Positions 25,301 through 37,059 of a stretch of 64,000 bases of DNA are shown piece by piece. Position numbers and translations under genes: made by a program. Source of the stretch: Entomortierella parvispora E1425 (Eukaryota > Fungi > Mortierellomycota). Position 1 is the stretch's first letter, and each line of letters opens with the position of its first letter. The stretch spans positions 620,001-684,000 of the forward strand of contig BQFW01000001.1 in the NCBI GenBank assembly GCA_020891255.1, given 5' to 3'. The notes below the pieces were generated by a model, which searched no databases, was not told the origin of the DNA, and was given only the letters and a program-made list of their open reading frames with translations.

Positions 25301-26127
25301 TCAATGGTCTTGCTGACAAAGTCCAGCAGTTAGCCATGACAACCTCCGCCTTGCAAGCCACCCTCAACCATGATCAGACTCAGGATCTAGCGCGAGAGCA
25401 ACTACGCCACCTGCAAGAGTTGATGCGATCAAGTATGGAATTTTACCGTCGCACAGAGATGGCCTTATGGGCCATGTCGGTTACAATGCCTCTGCCACCA
25501 CTGCAGCGTCCTCAGCAGCAAGGAGAGCACCCACAGCAGCAACAAGGAGAGCACCCACAGCAGCAACGAGGAGAGCATCCGCAGCAGAGACCAGGAGAGC
25601 ATCTGCCTTCGGGGCCAGATCAGCAACAAGATCATGGGCCAGGGCTTATATATTTTCAGCCGCCTCCGCAACAACAACCGCACCTTCAACAAACGTCCCC
25701 ACAGCAGCAGCGCCTTGACCCAACGAGTCTACAGCAGCACCTCCATCAGCAACAGTCACCAAACCTGCTACACTCGCAGTGGATCCAATCGCTTGCACAT
25801 CCCCCCAGGGATTCATGGTGGCCCCAGCCGCTAGTTCATACTTTCAGTGATCGGCCGCTAGCTCGTCCACGGCTTTCCTTGAAGTGCAAATCGAAACGAT
25901 CCCTGAAAGAGGTTTACCATGACTACTTGGTTGCTGATAATGGAATGTTAGGTGACGATCGAACTCACCGACGTCGAAAAGCGCTTTTCAGGGACATTGA
26001 GAAACTGCAGAAAAAAAGCGATAAGGATATGAGCGCCTTCCTGGATGAACTTGACAAAGATCTGAAGGCTGCAGCCTCTGTGAAAGCCTTTACTACCACC
26101 ATTCGCGAGAGGGCTGCAAATATATGA
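22348..26127 (+). mobile_element. Crypton-type tyrosine-recombinase DNA transposon gene (Ndc10-II-like core, GCR1_C-like tail), disabled
   Basis: Inferred exons 22348-23061, 23158-23620, 23724-24343, 24439-26127. Motifs: AT-hook KRRGRPPK, HHMLLRDEDIR...LSD, RHKDINRCTVGGFAFYMFERF, EDIRHLGRWSMGQME, FAMAHF...YFVER..VTPPLELQRKIF. In-frame TAA at 24248-24250. Element ends not defined. Confidence 0.8.
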
Positions 26128-26216
26128 AGACGTGTTTGAAAAAAACGGCATAGTTCAATCTTTCATTTTTATCGTCCCTATTATCTCTTTTCAACTTTCA
26201 ACATGCTGTGTCCTAT

Positions 26217-26594
26217 TTACTCCCGACACGCGGTTACTGCATCTCTTTCTTCACCCTCTTCTTGCTGGCGTCGCACGAGTTCGGCTTCCCATGCATCCCA
26301 GTAGGCTTCGGATACTGCACAGGTGACGATCTTGTTGTTTTTGGTTTCGACCTTGATGGGTAACGTCCGGCGAAGACTGTCCATGATCAGGTGTGCCTTG
26401 AGAAACGTCAAAATCTCCTCCAGGGATGTCAATGCCTCTGCTTCCTCCTCAGCATTGAGACCAGATTGGTCGCCCATGTACCACATTGGCTCACAGGCCA
26501 GTGTGAACTCGCCAATCTTCTTGGAATGTGTTTGTCTACCGTGCCCCTCATATACTTGAGAGTTGGTCCCGATCCGATGAAACCATGCGCACAT
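26217..26594 (-). CDS. Hypothetical protein or gene fragment
   Basis: 125-aa ORF with protein-like composition; no family recognised and upstream exons not resolved. Confidence 0.25.
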   Translation of the reverse strand: MCAWFHRIGTNSQVYEGHGRQTHSKKIGEFTLACEPMWYMGDQSGLNAEEEAEALTSLEEILTFLKAHLIMDSLRRTLPIKVETKNNKIVTCAVSEAYWDAWEAELVRRQQEEGEERDAVTACRE

Positions 26595-27247
26595 TGTGAA
26601 TATGGGGGGCGTTTCTGTTTATTCTCTTGAGGGGGATAAGCGTTTAGTGAGAGGATTGGAGGAAGGAATAGGACAGGATGAAGAATGGTGGGGAAGAGGA
26701 AAGAGGAGTGTCGCAGAAGGGACGCAGCAGTGAATCTTCTCTGCCGGAGTTCTAAATGCAAAGCGTCTGTGTTTTTGAGAGCCATGATATTCTTTGCGTC
26801 ACAAGATGAAAAGGCAAAGTTGGACCTTGGTCGATCATACAAAACGCACGAGCCGCATGATATTCGATTGCTTGTTTATCGCTCCCTTGCGAGCGATCGA
26901 TCGGGCAAAGTAACCTTTTCCATCGAAGGCTTCTAACAACAAGAAAAGAAGACGGCAGGGCGCGTATCTTGGTCAATGCCTCTCGTAGGAAAAAAAAAAA
27001 AAAAAAAAAAAAAAAAACCCTATCGCCAGAAATTGGTGGCGTATAGACCATTTGCATCGCAGGGCGACACTACTCCGCCGTCCCTTTATTGACCATCTGC
27101 TCCATAAAAGTAAATGCATTTGCTTCTTTCCAAGGAGGTCTTCATGAACTTTTAGCTGACGTGCACTGATGAATGGTATACTTCGGGAACTTTTAATAAT
27201 AATTGCATCAGTTGGAGTGACGGTCCTTCAGAATCATTTGTGATGAT

Positions 27248-28770
27248 TCAGGACTCGTCGACACGATCTATCCTGTATAGGTCGGCAATTCTATCAAGGG
27301 CGTCGACAAGACTCTCCTCAGTCTTCAAGATCTTGACCCAGTGGTTGTATTGATTCCGCATTGGTGATCCTGACGGCAATTTCTCAATACGTATCCGCTC
27401 GTTTCCATTTGCAAACTTCACTTGTACCTCTGTGGGCTTTGTTGAAGTCAGATCGTCGTATACTAAATGGATCTGAGCAAAAGCTGCCGATCCTTTGAGT
27501 CCTCTCATTCCCTCCAGTGCCGTCTTCTCAGATTCTAGCAATCCCTCTTCCTTGTCCTCGTTACTGTCTGTCGACGGTAGGTCCACATCGATATCCATGT
27601 CCATTGCACCGAGGATGGATCTCTTTGATTTTTCTATTTCCCGATTTGCCCTGGTTCGGTACATGTGTAGTAGTTGAAACAGTGCGTCGTATCGAGTAAT
27701 CAGCAGAACAACACCTCGGATTGCGGCATCCTGACTTCGTAGTTCCATTTGAGGGAGAGTGTGTCCATGTTGGTAGAGTTTGAATATCGTTTGGACCGCA
27801 GAATTGAATTCATGGATAGTTCGTGAGATGTACTCTCTCCTGGTAACAAACGCCTGTAGGTATTCCGATATCCTCGTCGTGAAGGTCTAATATAATAATG
27901 CAATCATGTCAAAATAATGTCAACAGCCACGCTGGTCATTCCGTGCAGTGCCTTACGCTCATGTCTCTGTTGAGGTAACGCTTCTCAAGGTCTCTGAGTG
28001 GAATCCAATGGGGGATGGTATGATTTGAAATTTGAAAGGTCATTGTTGGCTGCTGAGCATCCTGGCTTCCTGCTGGTGGAATATTCTCTTTGTCAGGCTG
28101 TGACAGCTTAATCATAACATAATAGGGCTCGTGGTATTTTGCTATTTAATTTGACAATTAAGAATGGTCAGTCTTTCTGTAAAAGTAACCGTTACAGCCA
28201 TGGCGATATCTCAGGGCGGCGAATATGAACCTACAGAGAGCAAAAGTCTCGAACCGAATCCCGATTTGCTTCTTTGCTTCCGGAGGTGTCTCATCCAGAT
28301 CAAGGTCCAATTCATCATGGGTCTCCAACTCATCCTCAGTGAACAATGTTACTCCTGTTAGTCGGTACGCCATCATGATCTCCTGCATCCGTCGCTGCTC
28401 CTTGTCGGCTTTGTTGGCAGGAGGAAGACCTAGAGTTTTCGTTTCTAAGAGTGGAGCTTGCGGTGAGTGTGACAAAGAAAAGCCAAGGTAGGTATAATAT
28501 CCAGAGAACATGCTTCAACAAAGATGATGCCGTTGTCTTGGTCCCCTTACCTTCCTGGATGGCCTTTTCCTCTTGCTCGATTTGTTTAAGTAATGCGTCG
28601 CGCTTGGTTTCCATCTTCAGGTCTATTTTTGGTGGCGATTTCTCGAATGGTCAGGAATCCGTCTCCATGTCAATCGCGAAGCATGTCCTTGCAAGCATGC
28701 ACTCACACTCCTGACGAAGGATATTCACGTCCTCTTGCAAGGCCGATGCCGAGTCATTTGTCGAGTCCAT
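27248..28770 (-). CDS. MCM21: Kinetochore COMA subunit CENP-O/Mcm21-like protein
   Basis: Spliced from ATG 28770 (MDSTNDSASALQEDV). Motifs MAYRLTGVTLF, IGIRFETF, KYHEPYYV, HTIPHWIPLRDLEKRYL, ISEYLQAFVTRRE. Stop at 27248. Confidence 0.68.
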
Positions 28771-28984
28771 GCGTTGTGTTAGGTTGTGTTTGTTCGTAGT
28801 GAATGGCTGGAGGTGGCGAGTGGGAGGACAATTTCGCGCGCTTTTTTCTTTTTTGTCCCCAACAGTCCGCGGCACGTGACTACTTGCGCAAATGGTGTTG
28901 ACAAAAAAAAAATCAAGCATGCACCACTCTTCTCTTTTTCTGCTTCTGTCCATTGGCCCACTCCCCTATTCCCTCTTTGTTAGA

Positions 28985-30013
28985 ATGGAAAGGCCCTCTG
29001 CCTCATTAACGACCCTTCCCCTCGAACTCATCTCCTACATCTTTTCCCTCTCCTCAAATCCCTCTCTTGTCTTGACCTGCCGAGCTCTGAATCAAGCTCT
29101 CGCTCCCCTTTCCAAGTCAATCGCAGGACGAATCCAGTTCTTGCTCATTCGCTATAGGAACAACTATGTCAAGGCTGTCATAAAGGGCCTCCGTTGGTCC
29201 TTCTTTGACCTGGATCTCTTGAACGGACTCGATCGGATATACAGCCAAGAACGTAAACGCATCAAGGAGGCTGAAGAACGACGTCAACGCATGCAACACG
29301 TTATCGCTTCTGGATCCTCAGAACTCTTTCCGTCAAGCCCTTCTGATCAAGCTTGGAGTTCTTTACGATCGATCGAAGGATCTGCCGCGGTCCACGAGAG
29401 TCCGTTGTCGTCTAGAGCTAGTTCGGTCCTCGACAGTCCGTTACTCGATCCGAGCACTCTGCGATTTACATCAGAGCCTCCAAAAAAGAAGAGGAAAAAA
29501 TACCGTGTTACGGAACCAGAGCGTCCAACAGAGGAACTTGGATCAAAAACAGAAGATGTCACAGGAGCACAAGGAGAAGCGCTATCAGTGGGAACAACAG
29601 GGGAAGGAAGCAGCACCTCCAATTTCGACAAGGAAATTCCTCTCCCCAAAGACTTTCCTATGCCGAGGCGACTCTTCAAAACTGACAAACACATGATCCT
29701 GATCCGGAAGTTGCTCAGACGGGGCGCTTCCCCCTCTTATCCGAGCCACTACCCCCTCGTCCGAGCATCACAAAGAGGCGATCTGGAAATGGTGAAGATG
29801 CTGCTGGATGCTGGAGCACCGCCGGATCAAAAGGCCATCCGATGGGCCTGTGTTGAAGAGCACAACGAGGTACTGGATATCTTTTTGGATCGAGGAGTAC
29901 AGCCGGATCGTGAGTGCCTGAGATGGTGTGTGGAGAAAGGCAAAAGTAAGATGATCGACAGACTTTTGAAACTGGGCGTTGTACCAGATCTGAAGACACT
30001 TATTGGCTTTTGA
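28985..30013 (+). CDS. F-box-like N-terminus + ankyrin-repeat protein
   Basis: ATG 28985 'LTTLPLELISYIF...LVLTCR'; NLS-like KKKRKK; C-terminal ankyrin-like units (YPLVRASQRGDLEMVKMLLDAGA, AIRWACVEEHNEVLDIFLDRG). Confidence 0.8.
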   Translation: MERPSASLTTLPLELISYIFSLSSNPSLVLTCRALNQALAPLSKSIAGRIQFLLIRYRNNYVKAVIKGLRWSFFDLDLLNGLDRIYSQERKRIKEAEERRQRMQHVIASGSSELFPSSPSDQAWSSLRSIEGSAAVHESPLSSRASSVLDSPLLDPSTLRFTSEPPKKKRKKYRVTEPERPTEELGSKTEDVTGAQGEALSVGTTGEGSSTSNFDKEIPLPKDFPMPRRLFKTDKHMILIRKLLRRGASPSYPSHYPLVRASQRGDLEMVKMLLDAGAPPDQKAIRWACVEEHNEVLDIFLDRGVQPDRECLRWCVEKGKSKMIDRLLKLGVVPDLKTLIGF

Positions 30014-30318
30014 GAAGCCTGGGCCTATTCACTGTATAGAATTCCATAGAGCATCTAGTGTACTTTTACCTGTATAATATGACAGACCTCAGCAGGTCAA
30101 AGAGCGAAAAGACTGTGACCAAACTGTCTGAAGCTGTTTCCGAAAAAGTTCGTTTGTTTGTGTTGCATGGTCCGTGCTTAACCACAGTGTGTAGCGATCA
30201 CGTGGTGCCAAGGGGTGCAAGTCTCGTCGCTGACCACAATTACCGCCTTCATTCGCCTTCTTTCCTCACCCCCTCCTTCACTCATTCCCTCACTTTCTCA
30301 TCAAAGCAATTGTGTCTC

Positions 30319-31886
30319 ATGTTATTGTACCTCCTTACACGAGTTGTCTGGTAAATCCTCAAATGAGAGTAATTCAGCTGACTTTGAAAATGGTTACATC
30401 AACGGACCATGCAAGGGCTGACCCCGGTACACATTCACCTTTCAAACAATAGCTCGATAGCAGGATCGGTCGTATGTCTCAACTCTTTGCGGCCCCCTCA
30501 TTAATACCATCGCCTCTTTTTTTTTTCCAAGGGCTGTTCCCTCCGCCTGGTATCTATTTGTTTCTAAACTCCTTTCTTTTGTTGCTATAGTATCCCGCCT
30601 ACGCTTCGTTCAAGGCGATTCACTCTCGCGATCAAACACGATTGACAGCCTGGCTCATGTACTGGACTGTCATGGGGCTTTTTACCTTGGCCGAGTTTGT
30701 TTTGGATACATTTGTCTTTTGGTATGTGAAAAAAAGTCCAGGGTCAAAAACGAGGGAAAACGCCAAGGAATCATTTACGCAGTCGGATTTGGCAGAGTAC
30801 GCGTGGGCTTGCACGATTGGACTGGACTGTTCTGACCCATGACCCTCGCCCTTGCAGGTTCCCATTCTACTACGAAATCAAGATGCTATTTGTCCTGTGG
30901 ATGATCTTGCCACAAACACAGGTATGGGAGCATAGAAATCTCTTGTGGTCGACATTTGGAGCACTGACCGCTTGAGGAACTAACAAAACCTGCCATCGTT
31001 GTCGAATGTAGGGTTCTATTTATCTTTACCAAGCCATTGTGGACCCATACCTCACGCAGCATGAGCCCGAAATTGACCAAACTCTCAAGGACATCCAAAA
31101 GCAAGCCATGGCTATGGGTATGGAGTACATCAAGCGCGCTATTAACTTTATTCAGAACCTTGCGTGGGATCTTTACAAAAAGGTAAGCTGCCTTGTCAAA
31201 CCCTCTGGCTCCATAGCATTGGATGTAGCTGCTGACCCACACTCCCTTAGTCTCAAGATCAAACAGGCGCATCATCCCTTAGCTCTGACTCGGATTCTAT
31301 GAAGCAAAAGTCAGGACCACCGCCTGCATATTCCTCTCTCGCTGCTTCTTCAACGGACTCTGTCGAAACACCAACACCCAACACTACCCAGAGCTACCTA
31401 TCATGGATGTCACCCAAACTTGCGGCTGTAGCCACGATGGCCTCCGAGACGATTAGTCGACACATTCCTGCACGACCTCTTCCTCAGCCTCCGGTGAACC
31501 TCTATGAGACCCAACAGCCGTCATCCGGATCGTCTTCTTCATCCCAAAGCGCCTCGGGACATACCAATAACATGCTTGGTATCACAGAAACGCTTCCACC
31601 GCAACTCAAAGCAGGAATGGAGCGAGTCCAAGAGCGATTGGACAGAGCTGCTGCTTCGACGACTGGGGCAGATTCTGCCTCCAGCGCTTCCACGGGAAGT
31701 CTTCGGAACCGAAAGATTAGTCTTTACGACTACGACAGCGAAGAGTCGTTGTTGACGCCTTCTCCTGCTCCCGCCAATCCTGCATCAGCACCTCCTGCAC
31801 CACATTCTCGTCAATCTTCCGATAACAGCTGGGGAAGTTATATCGGGCTCCAACGTCCAACTGCGCCGCCTGCTGCTGATCAATAG
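30319..31886 (+). CDS. TB2/DP1/HVA22 (REEP/Yop1 family) ER-shaping membrane protein with S/P-rich tail
   Basis: Multi-exon gene: YPAYASFKAI...WLMYWTVMGLFTLAEFVLDTFVFW / PFYYEIKMLFVLWMILPQTQ / GSIYLYQAIVDPYL. Confidence 0.88.
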
Positions 31887-32023
31887 CTTTGTTTTGCTCC
31901 TTTGATAAAATATGACCCTGAAGGTCTTTCAGCACATCCAATATTCGTGGTAGGGTATCTGCTCCCGGATTTCTTCGTCAGCGCCGTTTATTTTTTTGAC
32001 ATGATTGATGGTACTTTGGGTGC

Positions 32024-32758
32024 TTAGTGCTGCTTGACATAGTATCCATACTGAGACACCATCCAGATCAACGAGGAGGCTGTAAATGAAAAGAGAACAG
32101 AGGTGAATAAAAAAGAAAAAGACCGCTGCATGAATGAATAAACCAGAGAATGCTAGAATACTCACTGGCGACAACGCAAGGAGCCAAGAAGGGTCCAGTG
32201 ATCTTTGCAGTTCTGAAGACAAAGAACTCGGACATGAAGTGGAACCAGGCAATAGCAAAGGTGCACATGGTAATATGGTACATGCTAATAAAGGGGGGTA
32301 AAATAACCAGGTATCATGAAGCTGGTGAGAATCGGGTTGTTTCTTTTTGATTGGCCTCATTCTTGGGACATGCAACTGTATCACGGTCGGATAGAGAAAA
32401 TACACTTACGGAGCGATGTGCAGGTTGTACGCTCCGTAGAGACGGACAGCGGAAGAGATCAGGGTCCAGACGCCAAAGGTACGGCCAGAGAGACCAGTGA
32501 CTATGAATTATATTGTAGTTTGTTAACACCCATACTGTGAGTTCCAAGAGACTGCAGGGAATAAGTGAAAGCACGAAGGACAAGAAGGGCGGATTGACTG
32601 GTGTTACCTTCCTGGGGCTTGTTGGCATAGATACGACGGGTGGCGGAGAGAGTGGCAAAGGCCTGGAAGGTGTTGAGGAATGAGGTGACACCAACGATCC
32701 AGAGCCACTTGGGCAAGAGACCAGCAGGGAGAGATGACCAACCGAGGAGACCGAGCAT
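32024..32758 (-). CDS. ERG28: Ergosterol biosynthesis scaffold protein Erg28
   Basis: Four exons: LPKWLWIVGVTSFLNTFQAF...TRRIY / VTGLSGRTFGVWTLISSAVRLYGAYNLH / HFMSEFFVFRTA / LIWMVSQYGYY. ATG 32758, TAA 32024. Confidence 0.92.
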
Positions 32759-33267
32759 GATGGGATGTGAATGAATAGTGGAGTGAAGGGAAGAGGAACG
32801 ATGGAGAGATGCAAAGAGATGGAACAGACGCGGAAAGAAGAAAACTGTCGTGGGAGGAAAATTTGTTCGGCCGTTGAAGTTTTGGCCAGATCTGATCTTC
32901 GTGCCTGGACAGGGCAACAAAGCCACTGGGGAAATCATACGATGCACCACAGGGCTCGTGGAGGATGCAAACTGTGCCTAGACCTGGCCTGGCCCGTGGG
33001 CAACAAACAGTTCGAAGAATGGACGCATGGTGTCTCTTCCTTGTCCCTGCACTCTAGATATTCTTTGGTGTTGGAGATCTATCGAGTATGCCGCTGTCCT
33101 TCTTCACAATGCGTTCAAAAAAAAGAGGCACGTGACTGTTTTCGTTCATATAAAGTGCTTCGCGCATGCTGAACAATTCTCCGTTTCGCATCGCACTTCA
33201 AAACAAGACAGGAGACGGACACGCAATTGCAAGAAAGGACGGACTCAGGAACACATTACTATACATA

Positions 33268-34868
33268 ATGGCAACCAATGGACGCAGGAATGTTCCTGAG
33301 GATGACGAGGATTTCATTGATGTGGACGATTCTTCTTTGCAAACCAATCAGGCAAACTATGCTTGGGAGGAAGAGTACAAGCGCTCATGGGATGTTCTTC
33401 AAGAAGATGAGCACGGAAGTCTTGCGGGAGTTGTGAACAGTTTACAGCAGGCTGCCAAGCGCAAAAGGTACATGGATGGCCAGCACGCCTCTCTCTCGTT
33501 TTGAGCACCACACAACAGGAAAAAATTGGTGGCGCATGGTGACTAACCCCTGATACATTCTTTGCATTTATGAACAAGACTCTTACGAGACACGGATCCG
33601 ATCCAGAGAGGAATCATCCGCCATTTATTCATCGTCATTGACTTGTCTGGAGCTATGCAGGAAAAGGACCTCCGTCCCTCTCGACTCTCGCTCACCTTCA
33701 CCTATCTCGAGGCTTTTATCGCCGAGTTTTTCGATCAGAACCCAATCTCGCAAATTGGATTGATTGGGACCAAGGACGGCCTTGCAGAAAAACTGTCGGA
33801 TCTCTCTGGAAATCCAACAGACCATATCCGAGCATTGAAGCTGAAGAAATTTCAAGAATTGAATGGAGAGCCGTCATTACAGAACGCTTTGGAGTTGGCC
33901 AGGAGTTCATTGATCCATGTACCAGCCCATGGTTCTCGGGAGATACTTGTTATCATGGGATCCCTGACGACGACAGACCCAGGAAATATTCACGACACCA
34001 TTGCACAGCTGGTAAAAGACAACATCAGGGCGTCCGTAATAGCATTGGCTGCCGAGGTTCAAGTTCTGAAGTTCTTGACCCTCCAAACAAAAGGTATGGA
34101 CTTTGGATTGACATTTCATCGTTAATTTTCAGCTGAAGTTTGGCACTAAATCAATCTATATTTTGCGCTCTAGGAACTTTTGGAGTGGCAATGAACGAAG
34201 GTCATTACAGAGACTTGCTCTTTGAAGTTATTCCACCTACGGCAGTGACAACGACCAAGGCCGCATCCAACCTTGTTCAAATGGGCTTTCCGTCACGGTC
34301 GAATGAGAGCGCAGCGACATTGTGCGCGTGTCATAACCGTCTGACCTTGGGCGGGTACATTTGTCCAAGGTGCAACTCGAAACTTTGCGATATCCCAACG
34401 GAATGTGATATCTGCACATTGACTTTAGTGTCCAGTCCGTTACTGGCAAGAAGTTATCACCACCTGTTCCCTGTTGAAAACTTTGTGGAAGTTGCCTGGA
34501 AAGAGTAAGTGTTTGTCCTGATCGAGTACAAAAGTAAATTCGGTGGACACTATATTTCATTCACTAACCATTACACCTACTGCCCTTGTTCCCATAGTGC
34601 TACCTCGACAACAGCCTGCTTCTCGTGCCAAAAATCATTCCCAAATCCACACAAGATCAGTCCTCAGCTTCAGGCAACAACTGATGCAGGGCGCTATCAG
34701 TGCAAGCTTTGTGACAAGACCTTCTGTGCCGACTGCGATTTATTTATCCATGATGTTCTTCACAACTGCCCAGGATGCTTGAGTCGACCTAGAAAACAAG
34801 GAGGAATGACGCCATCATTGACTCAGGCAGCACGGTTACCATCCTCCAAGCTTGGCAAAACCTCCTAG
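33268..34868 (+). CDS. SSL1: TFIIH subunit Ssl1/p44 (vWA + C4 + C-terminal zinc finger)
   Basis: YAWEEEYKRSWDVLQED, QRGIIRHLFIVIDLS, FFDQNPISQIGLI, GEPSLQNALELA, YICPRCNSKLCDIPTECDIC, FCADCDLFIHDVLHNCPGC. First intron 33468-33578. Confidence 0.96.
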
Positions 34869-35043
34869 ATACACGCACACCGAATCTCAATAAACCCGGG
34901 GTGCCACAGAAACGTCACTTTGCACTGGAGGCGCAACAAATGGGCTGTGTCGCGCCTGTGAAAACTTTAAATGAACAAGTTCATCCCATTCACATCCTTC
35001 CATTAAACCTCTTCAATCCTTCCCCCTCCATTCAACATTCAAC

Positions 35044-36894
35044 ATGAACAAAGCACTGGGCATTGAGGACATTCGTCGAGCCATTGGCGAATTCATGACC
35101 CCCTCGACCATTATTGCCTGTGCCCAAGTGAACAGTGACTGGCACGCGTCCTTTATTCCTTTTATCTGGCAATCCCTCCACTTTGGCGAACCCACAAGCA
35201 GGCGCATATACCCACCGCTCGAAGCCCTCGAGCATAACAAACATCTTGTTCAGCGGCTATCCATCCAGGGTTGTCTTCAGATCCCATACTTGTCGCTCCA
35301 GGGCTGTCAACAACTCACGCACTTGTCTCTTTCAGGATCGGCCCCATGTGAGGCATCTAGACCAGGACGAACGTTGGTCCCTGTTCCTGGTTCTCCAGAC
35401 CGATACAGCATGTGGTACTACTGGCGCCTTTTAGTCGAACGTCATCAATCGTCTCTCAAGTCCCTGTCAATCTCGTCCCAACAGGGCAGCACCATGACAG
35501 TCGAGCTCTTGAAGGCGATCGCAGGCTGCACAAAGTTGGAGACGCTTCGACTCTCTTACGCCTCGATCTGCCCTATTCATGCTGGGCTGTTTTGGAAGGC
35601 GATCTCTGGCGTTGAAACTCTGATCTGGAGAGGAGGAGGTGGAGACCATCGAGGAACTGGTGGCGAAATTCCAGACTGGATAGCGCAAGAACTACCGGAT
35701 GGTGACCAGGCTCCTGCACCACCTCTTGTGCCAGCTACAGGATCCTTCATAAGCGCTAGCACCAACACTTTTGCTCCAGAGCCAACAGATCGAGTCATCC
35801 CTGACCCTCTTCCCAGCTATTCACCATCATCGCCTCCTCCTTCTAGGCTTCGGAGGTTGAAAATCTCCCAGTGCTTGGAACCAGCAACAGACTGGCAACT
35901 GTTCCAGCACTGCAAGAATATCCGCAATATTGAATGGGAGCTCTTGAGGGGGGACTGGTATTTCCCTTTGGAGCAGTTCGGAACCATGCTTTTCGAGGGT
36001 GCGTGGCCGCAGTTAGAACAGATCGAGGTCCTCAATGGCGCCGAGACCTATGAAGACGAACAATGGGTTCGATTAATGGAAAGTCCATTAGGGCCAAGAC
36101 TGAAGGCCTTGACAGTCAAGTCCTCCAAGATTGGTAGTAAGACATTTCAAGTCCTCTTTGCCGCAGGAGAGCGGAATGTGCAAAGAGAAAGAGAAGGAGT
36201 GCCGTCCTTGACTGCAGGCAACATCTCCAGCTCAGCAGTGGTTGGACCGTTGGCACCACGACCTTCGCTTAACAATTCGCTCAGTCATATCAACTTGCTT
36301 CCCAGCTCGGATGTAGACAGTTTGACAATTCAGACAATTCTGTCACAATTACCATCGCTGGAGAGCCTGAGTGTTGGTCGCCTTAGTTACATGGATATTG
36401 TTGAGGGCGAACCTTGGGTGTGCAAGAACCTGAAAAACTTGACCATCAATATTGATATGACTTTGCAACCGTTGCAGTTCAGCTTACGGAGACCACCCTC
36501 TGCCACTGCTGAGGAGCTGAAGGCCAAGAAATTGAATTTTGCAAATCAACAGCGATTGGTTTTTGAGCGGCTCTCGATGTTGACCCGACTCAACAAATTC
36601 ACCCTGCATCAGCGGACAGGTGGGCCCAAGGATGTAGTAGCAGACACTCGTACCCTTGACTTGACGCTCAAAGCGGGACTGGGACTGTTGGAGACGTGGA
36701 AAAACATGTCGTCGCTTACCTTTATGAGTAAACACCAGAATATGGGGTGGCCCGAGATCCGCTGGATGGTTGAGACTTGGCCGGGTATGCGTCGGCTAAC
36801 AGGAAAGTTCTCGGTGGATCCCAAGATGCATTTTGAATTGAAGAGGTACATGAACAAACATTATGTCCATGTGTTTGACCCTCCACCGATGTAG
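35044..36894 (+). CDS. F-box-like / RNI-like leucine-rich repeat protein
   Basis: 616-aa ORF. 'ALGIEDIRRAIGEFM...CAQVNSDWHASFIPFIW', 'PWVCKNLKNL', 'LKAGLGLLETWKNM...WMVETWPGM'; same family as the 15-19 kb pair. Confidence 0.83.
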   Translation: MNKALGIEDIRRAIGEFMTPSTIIACAQVNSDWHASFIPFIWQSLHFGEPTSRRIYPPLEALEHNKHLVQRLSIQGCLQIPYLSLQGCQQLTHLSLSGSAPCEASRPGRTLVPVPGSPDRYSMWYYWRLLVERHQSSLKSLSISSQQGSTMTVELLKAIAGCTKLETLRLSYASICPIHAGLFWKAISGVETLIWRGGGGDHRGTGGEIPDWIAQELPDGDQAPAPPLVPATGSFISASTNTFAPEPTDRVIPDPLPSYSPSSPPPSRLRRLKISQCLEPATDWQLFQHCKNIRNIEWELLRGDWYFPLEQFGTMLFEGAWPQLEQIEVLNGAETYEDEQWVRLMESPLGPRLKALTVKSSKIGSKTFQVLFAAGERNVQREREGVPSLTAGNISSSAVVGPLAPRPSLNNSLSHINLLPSSDVDSLTIQTILSQLPSLESLSVGRLSYMDIVEGEPWVCKNLKNLTINIDMTLQPLQFSLRRPPSATAEELKAKKLNFANQQRLVFERLSMLTRLNKFTLHQRTGGPKDVVADTRTLDLTLKAGLGLLETWKNMSSLTFMSKHQNMGWPEIRWMVETWPGMRRLTGKFSVDPKMHFELKRYMNKHYVHVFDPPPM

Positions 36895-37059
36895 AGAACT
36901 ACACATTAAAGGATCAGTTTTTTATCTCCTTTCTTTTTTTCTTTTTTTTTTTTTGTCTAATGTGCATATCAGTTGACTGTGCGGCTGGGTTGGGAGATTG
37001 ATGGAATACCTCTTTCCACAAGCAAGGTCAGAGCGCCTTTTATTCCGCTCTTTGTTTCG

